From NCBI GenBank assembly GCA_963664825.1, contig OY761614.1:1664001-1728000 (forward strand): a DNA stretch of 64,000 nucleotides, given 5' to 3'. Of the stretch, positions 18,463-26,997 are shown piece by piece (position 1 is the stretch's first letter; each line of letters begins with the position of its first letter). Made by a program: the position numbers and the translations under genes. Origin of the DNA: an uncultured Holophaga sp. (GTDB lineage Bacteria > Acidobacteriota > Holophagae > Holophagales > Holophagaceae). Under the pieces are notes generated by a model. The model was given only the letters and a program-made list of their open reading frames with translations, had not been told where the DNA came from and did no database searches.

Positions 18463-19047
18463 ATGCCCACCATCACCCAGGAGGAAGCCCGGGATGCCCT
18501 GGCCGATATCGACCAGGTGGCCCGCCAGACCCGTCGCGCCGTGGCTGGAAGTGAGCTGGGCACCAATCTACTCCTCTGGGGGGCCGTCTGGATCCTAGGG
18601 TTTACCCTAAGCTACCTTTCTCCTCGGAACAGTGGCCGGATCTGGATGGTGCTTTCGGCCTTGGGCATCGTGGGCACGGTGGGGGCGGGAATTCGCCATC
18701 ACCGGAAGGGGATGGTGCAGAGCGAACAGGCCCGGAAACTGCTGGGGCAGATCGCCCTCTTCTGGCTGGCCGTGATCACGTACGCCATGGTGCTGGGGTT
18801 GCTGATCCCCAGGAAGAATGGCGTGGACGAGCTGACCCTGATCATCAGCGTCATGATGCTGGCCTATGTGCTGATGGGCATCTGGCTCCGAAGCCCCATC
18901 CTCAGCGCCATCGGGATCCTGGTCACGATCGCCACATTGGTGGGCCGCGCATGGTTGCCGCCCCGGTACTTCATGCTCTGGATGGCGGTCTTCGGCGGGG
19001 GCGGACTCTTCGTGCCGGGCCTCTACGTCAAGCTGCGCTGGAAGTGA
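18463..19047 (+). CDS. Hypothetical multi-pass membrane protein
   Basis: About 6 hydrophobic helices, GGAG RBS, tightly coupled to the next gene. Confidence 0.75.
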   Translation: MPTITQEEARDALADIDQVARQTRRAVAGSELGTNLLLWGAVWILGFTLSYLSPRNSGRIWMVLSALGIVGTVGAGIRHHRKGMVQSEQARKLLGQIALFWLAVITYAMVLGLLIPRKNGVDELTLIISVMMLAYVLMGIWLRSPILSAIGILVTIATLVGRAWLPPRYFMLWMAVFGGGGLFVPGLYVKLRWK

Positions 19048-19049
19048 TC

Positions 19050-19343
19050 ATGGCCGAACTCAATGAGGTCATCCACCAGCCCGTTCGTCTGAGGATCGTC
19101 GCCGCCCTGGCGGCCCTCGACGCGGATGCCCGGGTGGATTTCACCTACGTGAAAAATCTCCTGAAGCTCTCCGATGGCAATCTGGGCGCCCATCTCCTGA
19201 GGCTGGAAGAGGCGGGCTACCTCGTCCAGGACAAGACCTTCGTGGACCGCAAGCCCCGCACCTACCTGCATCTGACCCCGGAGGGCCGGGCCGCCTTCCA
19301 ACAGCACGTGAAGGCCCTGAGGGAGATCCTGGGGCAGGGGTGA
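19050..19343 (+). CDS. Winged-helix transcriptional regulator (ArsR/HTH_34-like)
   Basis: IHQPVRLRI, LSDGNLGAHL..LEEAGY, KPRT..LT.EGR.AF. Confidence 0.88.
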   Translation: MAELNEVIHQPVRLRIVAALAALDADARVDFTYVKNLLKLSDGNLGAHLLRLEEAGYLVQDKTFVDRKPRTYLHLTPEGRAAFQQHVKALREILGQG

Positions 19344-19454
19344 TGTCCTGTAATACATTAAATAACTCAGAATGTTTTATAGGGGCTAAACTCAGAGGAA
19401 TTCCAACAAAGGTCTACCCCGCTCCGGGTGGGCTAACTCCCAAAGGATTCCTCC

Positions 19455-19604
19455 ATGGACCTTTGTGCTCTCACCGAGTCCGACATATGGAATCAGTTCA
19501 TCACCCCTGCCCTTCAGGCGGCCGGGTGGGACCTGGAAATCCAGAATCGCCGCAAGGTCATATACACGGCTGATCGGATCAGGGTTCGCGGTCGAATGAG
19601 GTAG
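19455..19604 (+). pseudogene. Type I restriction subunit HsdR (EcoAI-like) N-terminal stub, 49 aa
   Basis: Hand translation MDLCALTESDIWNQFITPALQAAGWDLEIQNRRKVIYTADRIRVRGRMR resembles the E.D....ITPAL..AGW...T.GRI.VRG start of this family. Confidence 0.7.
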
Positions 19605-19665
19605 ACCTCATTACTGAAACTGCCGGAAAAACCATCAAGAGACTCCAGGTTCCAAAGGACCACCC

Positions 19666-22248
19666 ATGCAACCTGACAAATCCTCGATCGTCCAGCTCTT
19701 CGATAACCGTGAGCAGTATCTGATCCCGCTCTTCCAGCGAGGTTATGTTTGGACCCTCACGGAAGAGGTTCTGCCGCTATGGGATGACATCACGGACCGG
19801 GTAGAAGGCCTGAGGGAACGGTATTCCGTCCTAGAGGCGGGAGCCAAGGAAAGCCAGCTCAAGCCCATCCGGAAACATTTCCTCGGCACGCTGGTGCTGG
19901 GCGCCCCTTCGGACAATGGCGGCGATCGTATCAACACCCGGGAGGTCATTGATGGCCAGCAGCGCATCACCACCTTCCAACTGATGTTCCTGGCCTTCCG
20001 GGATCTTGTGAAGGTCACGGGGGACGAAGGCCTGATGGATGACCTGAGGCAACTCACTCGGAACAAGGGCGACTACAAGGACAAGACCGATCACCACAAG
20101 GTCCGCCCGACCAATGTGGGGCGGGATATCCTTCAAGGGTTGGTGGAGCAAGGGGGGCTTGAGCCCGTATGCAAGCGCTACCCCGTGAAGGTGAACGGCA
20201 AGCGCACGGAACGTCCGCCCCTCGTCCAGACCTACCTTTTCTTCTATGGCCTGCTGTCCCTGTTCCTGCGAGGGAAGGCCCATGACGAGCGGATTCCTAT
20301 CGAGCGGGACCCGGAAGGGCAAACCTTGGCCCACGCCCTGATCCATTCCATCGGTCGGGATTCCTATCTCCAGATCCCCTACGGACATCTCCCCATGGAG
20401 TTGGCCAACGCACGGTTGCTGATGAAGGCGCTCCACCATTGCTTCCAGGTAATGGTGCTGAAGCTAGATGATCGCGAGGATGACCCTCAGATCATTTTCG
20501 AGACCCTGAATGCCCGGGGTGTGCCCTTACAGCCCAGTGATCTGGTGCGGAACTACCTCTTCCTGCAGTTCTCCCGGAATGGCGAGGATGTGGACGCCCT
20601 CTACGACCAGTTTTGGAAGCCCTTTGACGAAAAGCCGGACAACGAGGCTGGCGCCAAAGGCACCAAGTTCTGGAAAGTGGAAGAAACCCAGGGGCGCCTC
20701 AAGAACTCCCGCCTGGACCTGCTGCTCTATCACTACCTGGGGCTGCGCCGCCAGGAAGACCTCAAGGTTTCCTCTGTTTTCGAAGGCTTTCGGGAGTGGT
20801 GGGGTGCCAAGGAACGCAATACCGAACAGGAACTTGAGCAACTTCACAACATCGCAGGCTATTTTTCGACCTTCCTGGCACCAACGCAAGGAACCCGGCT
20901 TGGGTCCTTCTGCCGCCGGATGAAGTTGCTGGATACCGCCACCCTGACGCCGTTGGTGCTGTATTTCCTGGAACAGCACGGGGAGGAAGCGGAGGCTGTT
21001 ACGGCCGTACTGGACGATCTGGAATCCTACGTGGTGCGCCGCTTCGTCTGTGGTTTCACTCCCAAGGGTTACAACCGCATCTTCCTGAACCGCCTCCTGG
21101 GTGAGATGGTTCGCGATGGATCCTCGGATCCGGGCCTGCTAAGAAAGAAGCTGCACGACCTGGATGGCGAGAGCCAGCGCTGGCCAGCCGACCCCGAGTT
21201 CCGCCAGGCATGGTGCCATCGCGCGTTGTACACGAACCGGGCGAGCAAGGTCCGGGGCCTGCTGGAAGCCCTGGAACTGTCGCTGCGTTCCGACAAGCAG
21301 GAATGGCAGAACCTGCCGACGGCCCTGACCGTGGAACACGTTCTTCCGCAAAAGTGGGCTCCGGACCATTGGCCGATCGAAACCATGACGGATGAATCCA
21401 TCGCTACCCGGACGAGGCTCCTGCACAGCATCGGGAACCTCACCCTGGTCACCCCCCAATTCAATTCGTCCCTAAGCAACGCTCCCTTCAAGGCAAAGCG
21501 GAAGGAGATCGTCAGCACCAGCCTCCTGATGCTGAACACCTACTTCCAGAAGTTCACGGACGACCAGGCTTGGGACGAAATCCGCATCAAAGCCCGAAGC
21601 GAGGAACTCTTTGAACTGGCCACGAAGATCTGGCCCCACCCTGGACCAAGGGCCGGTGCGACCCAGGTAGCCATTCAGACAATTGATGGGACCGCAGATG
21701 ACACCCCGGCCTCCGAAATTTGGCAGCCGCTCAAGAAAGCCAGGAAACCTACTGTTGGGGAGCAAGGGCCGTGGAATGGCGAATACTACGCCGCCTTTGG
21801 CGACGAGGAATCCCGGAACTGGTTCGAGGCGATCAAATATGGCTTCATCTCTGCTGGGGGTGGCCCTTGGTACAGCAAGACCCTCGCCCTACTGAAACCC
21901 GGCGGCCGCGTCTGGGTGTTCATTCCTGGCCGGGGCTATGTCGGCGTCGGGATCATCGAAGAGCCCGTCGTCAAGGTGGATGCCTTCCAGGTGACGCTTG
22001 AGGATGGCCGGCGAGTCCCCATCCACCATCCCGATGCCCGGATCCAAGCTCCGCAGATGTTCACGCACATGGCCGACCCAGAAAAGGCCGAATATGTGGT
22101 GCGGGTGAAGTGGATTCAAACTCATTCCCCATCCGAGGCCGTCTGGGAACCAGACCTTTTCGCGATCCAGCATTCGGCCTGTCGGCCCAGGTCCTTGGCA
22201 TGGTCGCGGACAGTGGGGCGGCTGAAGGAAATCTGGGGGGTGCAGTGA
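19666..22248 (+). CDS. GmrSD-like (DUF262 + DUF1524/HNH) modification-dependent nuclease with extra C-terminal domain
   Basis: IPLFQRGYVW, IDGQQR, IFETLNARG, TVEHVLPQ, SIGNLTL...N. An additional domain starts at about 21770. Confidence 0.88.
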   Translation: MQPDKSSIVQLFDNREQYLIPLFQRGYVWTLTEEVLPLWDDITDRVEGLRERYSVLEAGAKESQLKPIRKHFLGTLVLGAPSDNGGDRINTREVIDGQQRITTFQLMFLAFRDLVKVTGDEGLMDDLRQLTRNKGDYKDKTDHHKVRPTNVGRDILQGLVEQGGLEPVCKRYPVKVNGKRTERPPLVQTYLFFYGLLSLFLRGKAHDERIPIERDPEGQTLAHALIHSIGRDSYLQIPYGHLPMELANARLLMKALHHCFQVMVLKLDDREDDPQIIFETLNARGVPLQPSDLVRNYLFLQFSRNGEDVDALYDQFWKPFDEKPDNEAGAKGTKFWKVEETQGRLKNSRLDLLLYHYLGLRRQEDLKVSSVFEGFREWWGAKERNTEQELEQLHNIAGYFSTFLAPTQGTRLGSFCRRMKLLDTATLTPLVLYFLEQHGEEAEAVTAVLDDLESYVVRRFVCGFTPKGYNRIFLNRLLGEMVRDGSSDPGLLRKKLHDLDGESQRWPADPEFRQAWCHRALYTNRASKVRGLLEALELSLRSDKQEWQNLPTALTVEHVLPQKWAPDHWPIETMTDESIATRTRLLHSIGNLTLVTPQFNSSLSNAPFKAKRKEIVSTSLLMLNTYFQKFTDDQAWDEIRIKARSEELFELATKIWPHPGPRAGATQVAIQTIDGTADDTPASEIWQPLKKARKPTVGEQGPWNGEYYAAFGDEESRNWFEAIKYGFISAGGGPWYSKTLALLKPGGRVWVFIPGRGYVGVGIIEEPVVKVDAFQVTLEDGRRVPIHHPDARIQAPQMFTHMADPEKAEYVVRVKWIQTHSPSEAVWEPDLFAIQHSACRPRSLAWSRTVGRLKEIWGVQ

Positions 22249-22295
22249 GGGAAAGCTCTTCGCTGGCTTTGGGCAATCATTCCCGGGGATATCCC

Positions 22296-23276
22296 ATGCG
22301 CCCTATCCCCTTCATCCTGGTCTTCTCCCTGCTGCCCCTTTCCGCTCAGTCGCCGGATGAAGAGATGGCCCGCCTTCGGGACGCCGATCAGGCCGTCCGC
22401 CAAGGGCCCATGCCCACGGAGAAGGAGCGGATCCTGGAACTCCAGGCTCAGGAACTCCAACGCCGGGATCGGGCGCGGGCCCTGCTGCGGGAAGACCGGC
22501 TGAAGGACGCACATAGCTACGGCGCTGCGGCCCTCATCTTCCAGCACGGGGACAGCCTAGACGATTTCCTGGTGGCCCGGGAACTAGCCCTCCTGGCCTG
22601 TTTCAGGAAGGCCACGTATGGCAACATGCCCTTCCTGGCCGAGGACCGCTTCCTCACTAGGCTAGGCCGCCCCCAGCGCTTTGGGTCCCAGTATCTGAAT
22701 CAGCACACCCGGGACCAGGAACCCATCGAGGAGAAGGGCGCCAACGTGGTTACGGACGCCCTGCGCCTGGATGCCTTCCTGCCGCCCCTGCGCGTGAGTC
22801 GTGCTGGCACTCCGGAGCAAGCCAACGCGGAAGCCTCCTCCGCGATCATGGCCCGCATCAGGGGCCGCATGAAGGCGGACGCCAAGGGGCCGGAATGGAT
22901 CACGGACCCCGCGCGCAGTCCCGCGGCACCTGTCCTGGCCAGCCTGGATGCGAAGGGGGATCCGGCGAGTCTCCGGGCGAGGCTGTTCGATCTCTACCGC
23001 AGGGACCAGTTTTTCATCCCCGGGGACTACCACCGGGCCGCCGAGCTGCTCCTAGCCGTGGCCCAGGGTTCGTCGGATCTGCTCCTGGCCAACGAATGGG
23101 CCGCCCTGGCCGTGATGCGCCTGTATGGTCCAGCCTGGCGCACCTTCGCGCATTCCTGGGACCGCTACGCCCAATCCATCGGACAGCCCTCCCGTTACGG
23201 GACCCTGCCTGGCAGCGCTCAGGTCCCCTCCATCCCGCCCGCCGTGGTCAGGGCGATGCGGGCCGAGGGCCTCTGA
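22296..23276 (+). CDS. Exported hypothetical helical protein with internal duplication
   Basis: Signal peptide; two copies of Y..AA.....D.L.A.E.A.LA...DR....G.P.R[FY]G. Confidence 0.7.
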   Translation: MRPIPFILVFSLLPLSAQSPDEEMARLRDADQAVRQGPMPTEKERILELQAQELQRRDRARALLREDRLKDAHSYGAAALIFQHGDSLDDFLVARELALLACFRKATYGNMPFLAEDRFLTRLGRPQRFGSQYLNQHTRDQEPIEEKGANVVTDALRLDAFLPPLRVSRAGTPEQANAEASSAIMARIRGRMKADAKGPEWITDPARSPAAPVLASLDAKGDPASLRARLFDLYRRDQFFIPGDYHRAAELLLAVAQGSSDLLLANEWAALAVMRLYGPAWRTFAHSWDRYAQSIGQPSRYGTLPGSAQVPSIPPAVVRAMRAEGL

Positions 23277-23321
23277 TCGACCCCTGGGGCCTCTTTCCGG
23301 GATACTGGGAGCGGAGGTCCT

Positions 23322-24935
23322 GTGCGCGCCCTTACTCTCCCCCTCATAACCCTGATCTCGGCCCTGCCCGTCCTTTCCGCTCCGCGGCCCAGCCTCGTGG
23401 TGGTCATCTCCGTGGATCAGTTCTCGGAAGATCTCATGGCGCGCTGGGGCAAGGATCTGCCCGGGGGCCTCGGCCGCCTGGCAGGTGAGGGCACGTGGTT
23501 CCGGGGGGCCTACCATGACCATGGCTACACGGAGACCGGACCGGGGCATTCGGTGATCCTGAGCGGCCGCCATCCGGCCCACACCGGCATCACGGAGAAT
23601 CGATGGCTGGATCGAGCCACGGGCAAGTGGGCGTACTGCGTGGAGGATCCTGCATCCCCAGTGCTGGGGGCCGGGAGGCGCGGGGCCAGCGCCCTGAACT
23701 TTCGCGGCACGACCCTGGGCCAGTGGGTGCGGAATCAGATTCCCGGGGGGCGGAGCTTTGCCATGACCGGCAAGGATCGTTCGGCGATCCTCATGGCCGG
23801 GGCCCAGGGGGACGGGGTCTACTGGTTCGAGCCGGGGGTGGGCTTCACCACTTCCACCGCCTACGCCAAGGAACTCCCCCCATGGCTCCAGGCCCACAAC
23901 CGCCAACTGCTCCAGGGGATCCAGAGCGGCAGCTTCTTCTGGGAGGCCTCCGCAGGCCAGCCGGAGCCGGGGGGGACCTACCTCATCCGGGGGAAATCCA
24001 TCTCCTTTGGACTGCCCCGGCTGGTCCAGGGCGTGGGCATGCCCTTGGACGGCGCCTTCTGGAACCGCTTCAAGGCTTCGCCCTTCTTCGATCAGTCCAT
24101 CCTGGACGCCGCGGAAGCCCTCATGGAACACGAGCATCTGGGGCTGGGCAAGGGCACCGATCTGCTGGCCCTGGGCCTTTCGGCCACGGACTATGTGGGC
24201 CATGAATTCGGCAACCAGGGCCCGGAGATGCGGGATCAGATCCGCCGATTGGACCACGCTCTGGGGGAATTCCTGGCGCGCCTTCAAAAGAGGAACCCCG
24301 GAGCCTGGGTCGTCCTGACGGCGGATCACGGGGCGGGCGATTTTCCCGAGCGCCTCCTGGCCCAGGGCATCACCTCCCAGCGCCTGGATATCATCGCCTG
24401 GGGTCGCGCCCTGGACCGCGCAGTGGGCCAGCATCTGGGCGTAGAGCGCCCCCTCTTCCGCACGCCGGATTCCGCGCAGCTCTATCTGGATGAAGGGGCC
24501 CTCCGCGCCACCGGGAAGCGCCGCAGCGAGGTCCTCCGCCTGGCCGCGGAAATCGCGAAGAAGGATCCCGATATCCTCGAGGCCTGCACGGCAGAAGAAC
24601 TGGAAGCCATGGACCCGGCAGGGAATCCCAATCCCGAGGGGCGTCCCTATGGGGAGCGCCTGCGCCTGAGCTATGTGCCGGGGCGCTCCGGGGATCTCCT
24701 GCTGGCCTTCCGCCCCTCGGTGATGATCGATGATCCAGCCCATGTGGCCAACCATGGCCATCCGTGCGACACGGACCGCCGGGTGCCCCTGATCTTCTGG
24801 GGCCCCTGGGAGGCAGCAACACGCTTCGAACCGGTGCGCATCGTGGATTTGGCCCCGACCCTGGCCCGGGAACTCCAAATCCGCCCCGGGGAAGGTGTGG
24901 ATGGCAAGCCCCTGGAACTGGGCCGCAGGCCCTGA
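23322..24935 (+). CDS. Alkaline phosphatase superfamily (PafA/NPP-like), exported
   Basis: VVISVDQ, TETGPGH, KDRSA, TDYVGH, LTADHG, HGHP. Confidence 0.9.
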   Translation: MRALTLPLITLISALPVLSAPRPSLVVVISVDQFSEDLMARWGKDLPGGLGRLAGEGTWFRGAYHDHGYTETGPGHSVILSGRHPAHTGITENRWLDRATGKWAYCVEDPASPVLGAGRRGASALNFRGTTLGQWVRNQIPGGRSFAMTGKDRSAILMAGAQGDGVYWFEPGVGFTTSTAYAKELPPWLQAHNRQLLQGIQSGSFFWEASAGQPEPGGTYLIRGKSISFGLPRLVQGVGMPLDGAFWNRFKASPFFDQSILDAAEALMEHEHLGLGKGTDLLALGLSATDYVGHEFGNQGPEMRDQIRRLDHALGEFLARLQKRNPGAWVVLTADHGAGDFPERLLAQGITSQRLDIIAWGRALDRAVGQHLGVERPLFRTPDSAQLYLDEGALRATGKRRSEVLRLAAEIAKKDPDILEACTAEELEAMDPAGNPNPEGRPYGERLRLSYVPGRSGDLLLAFRPSVMIDDPAHVANHGHPCDTDRRVPLIFWGPWEAATRFEPVRIVDLAPTLARELQIRPGEGVDGKPLELGRRP

Positions 24936-24942
24936 TGCTTTC

Positions 24943-26784
24943 CTAGGGAATGATCGGTCCCTCCGCCTTGGCAGAGGGCTTCCTGCTGGCGGCGATTGCT
25001 CTTATCCATCGGGGCGTGGCGTCCACGAGGATGAGCAAGAGGCAGAGGAGGATCACGCCCGTGAGTGCGAAGTTGATGGCGCCGCTGACGCGGGTGGAAG
25101 CCACCGTCATCTGGGGCCAATAGAGGTTCTTCATGTTCAGGAGGCTGGCTGTGACGGTGACGACGCCCACGAAGACCATGGGCACCAGCGTCACCCAGGC
25201 GTACCGGGCCTTGCCCCGGTTGAGGAGGAAGCTGGTCCCCACCGCCAGGGCGATGACGGCCAGGAGCTGGTTGGCCGTGCCCAGGAGGGGCCAGAGGGTC
25301 ATGATGTTGCCGGTGTAGATGAAGTAGCCCCAGCTCACGACGATGAGCGTGCTGGAAATGAGCGTCCCGGGCAGCCAATTGGGCCTTCCGAAGGGTTTCC
25401 ACAGCTTGCCCCCGGCCTCCTGGAGCACGAAGCGGGCGATGCGCGTGCCCGCGTCGATGACCGTGAGGATGAAGAGGGCCTCGAACATGATGGCGAAGTG
25501 GTACCAGTAGGACATGAGGGACTTGAGGCCTGGGATGGCGCTGAAGATCTGAGCCATGCCCACCGCCAGGGAGACGGCGCCTCCCGTGCGGCCCGCCACG
25601 TGCTCACCTACCTGGCGAGAGAGTTCGGGCAGATTGCTCTGGGTGAAGCCCATGGCATGGAGCTGGTTGGCGATGGCGGCGAACTTGTCGGCCGGCACGT
25701 TGATCTGGAAGTAGTCCAGGGGGAATAGGGAGCAGGCCGCCACCAGCGCCAGCACGCTCACCACGGTTTCCGTGAGCATGGCGCCGAAGCCGATGATGCG
25801 GGCGTCTCGCTCCCGGGTGATCATCTTGGGCGTGGTCCCGGAACTCACCAGGCTATGGAAGCCGCTGATGGCGCCGCAGGCGATGGTGATGAAGAGGTAC
25901 GGGAAGAGGGTCCCGGGCACCACGGGCCCGTGCCCATGGATGAAGGTCGTCACGGCGGGCATGCGCATGTGCGGCCCCACGAAGATGACCCCCAGGGCCA
26001 GGGCGCCGATGACCGTCACCTTCATGATGGAGCTGAGGTAGTCCCGGGGGGAGAGCAGCAGCCACACGGGCAGGACGGAGGCCGTGAAGCCGTAGGCGCA
26101 GAGCAGGAGGGTCAGGGTGTGGTGGCTGAAGGTGAAGTAGGGAGCCAGACTTGAGCCCGGGATGAAGCGACCGAAGATCACCGCCAGGCTCATGAGGATC
26201 ACCCCCGCGATGGTGGCTTCCACGATCTTGCCGGGGCGCAGCTTGTACATCCAGAGGCCCATGGCGATGGCGATGGGGATGGTGGCCGCGATGGTGAAGG
26301 TGCCCCAGGAACTCTCCGCCAGGGAGTTCACCACCACCAGCCCCAGGGAGGCCATGGAGATGAGGATCACGAACAGGATGGCGATGGAGGCCAGGATGCC
26401 GCTGGGGCGGCTGATCTCGGCGCTCACGATCTCCGCCAGGGACTTGCCGTCGTGGCGCAGGCTGGCCACCAGGATCACGTAGTCGTGGACGGCGCCGGCG
26501 AGCACGGATCCAAGCAGCATCCACAGGAGCCCGGGCATGTAGCCGAACTGCGCGGCGAGGACGGGCCCCACCAGCGGGCCGGCGCCGGCGATGGCGGCGA
26601 AGTGGTGGCCGAAGAGCACCCAACGGCTGGTGGGATAGAAGTTGTGGCCATCGTAGAAACGGTGGGCGGGGGTGACGAGGGCGTCGTCGAGAGTGGCCAC
26701 CTTGGCGGCGATCCAGCAATGGTAGAAGCGATAGGAGAGAGCCAGGAAGGCTAAGGAGAGCAAGACCAGAGGCATCGCGTTCAT
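24943..26784 (-). CDS. cstA: Carbon starvation protein A family transporter
   Basis: FGHHFAAIAGAGPLVGP, IACGAISGFH, SSGTTPK, FILTVIDAGTR. Confidence 0.95.
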   Translation of the reverse strand: MNAMPLVLLSLAFLALSYRFYHCWIAAKVATLDDALVTPAHRFYDGHNFYPTSRWVLFGHHFAAIAGAGPLVGPVLAAQFGYMPGLLWMLLGSVLAGAVHDYVILVASLRHDGKSLAEIVSAEISRPSGILASIAILFVILISMASLGLVVVNSLAESSWGTFTIAATIPIAIAMGLWMYKLRPGKIVEATIAGVILMSLAVIFGRFIPGSSLAPYFTFSHHTLTLLLCAYGFTASVLPVWLLLSPRDYLSSIMKVTVIGALALGVIFVGPHMRMPAVTTFIHGHGPVVPGTLFPYLFITIACGAISGFHSLVSSGTTPKMITRERDARIIGFGAMLTETVVSVLALVAACSLFPLDYFQINVPADKFAAIANQLHAMGFTQSNLPELSRQVGEHVAGRTGGAVSLAVGMAQIFSAIPGLKSLMSYWYHFAIMFEALFILTVIDAGTRIARFVLQEAGGKLWKPFGRPNWLPGTLISSTLIVVSWGYFIYTGNIMTLWPLLGTANQLLAVIALAVGTSFLLNRGKARYAWVTLVPMVFVGVVTVTASLLNMKNLYWPQMTVASTRVSGAINFALTGVILLCLLLILVDATPRWIRAIAASRKPSAKAEGPIIP

Positions 26785-26904
26785 GGGACCCTTCGCTAAA
26801 AGGCGTTGGACAACTTATGTCTTCATTCTATAGAGGAACCCCGGGACCTGTGCCGAGGGGCACAAACTCTGAGAGGAGGGCCCGGGGCAGTCCAGGGACT
26901 GGTT

Positions 26905-26920
26905 TGGCACGGCCCTAGCT
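26905..26920 (+). promoter_or_regulatory. Putative sigma54 -24/-12 promoter
   Basis: TGGCACGGCCCTAGCT has exact GG-N10-GC spacing and lies about 80 bp upstream of ATG 26998. Confidence 0.55.
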
Positions 26921-26997
26921 TCATCCCATCAGGGAAATCATCCTTAACCAGGGTCCTGTGGGATCCCGTGGGTCACAATGAATATTGGAGGGATGTC

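Noticed and set aside
19340..19573. 77-aa ORF from the track
   Set aside because: A different frame (19455-19604) carries the recognisable HsdR-like sequence.
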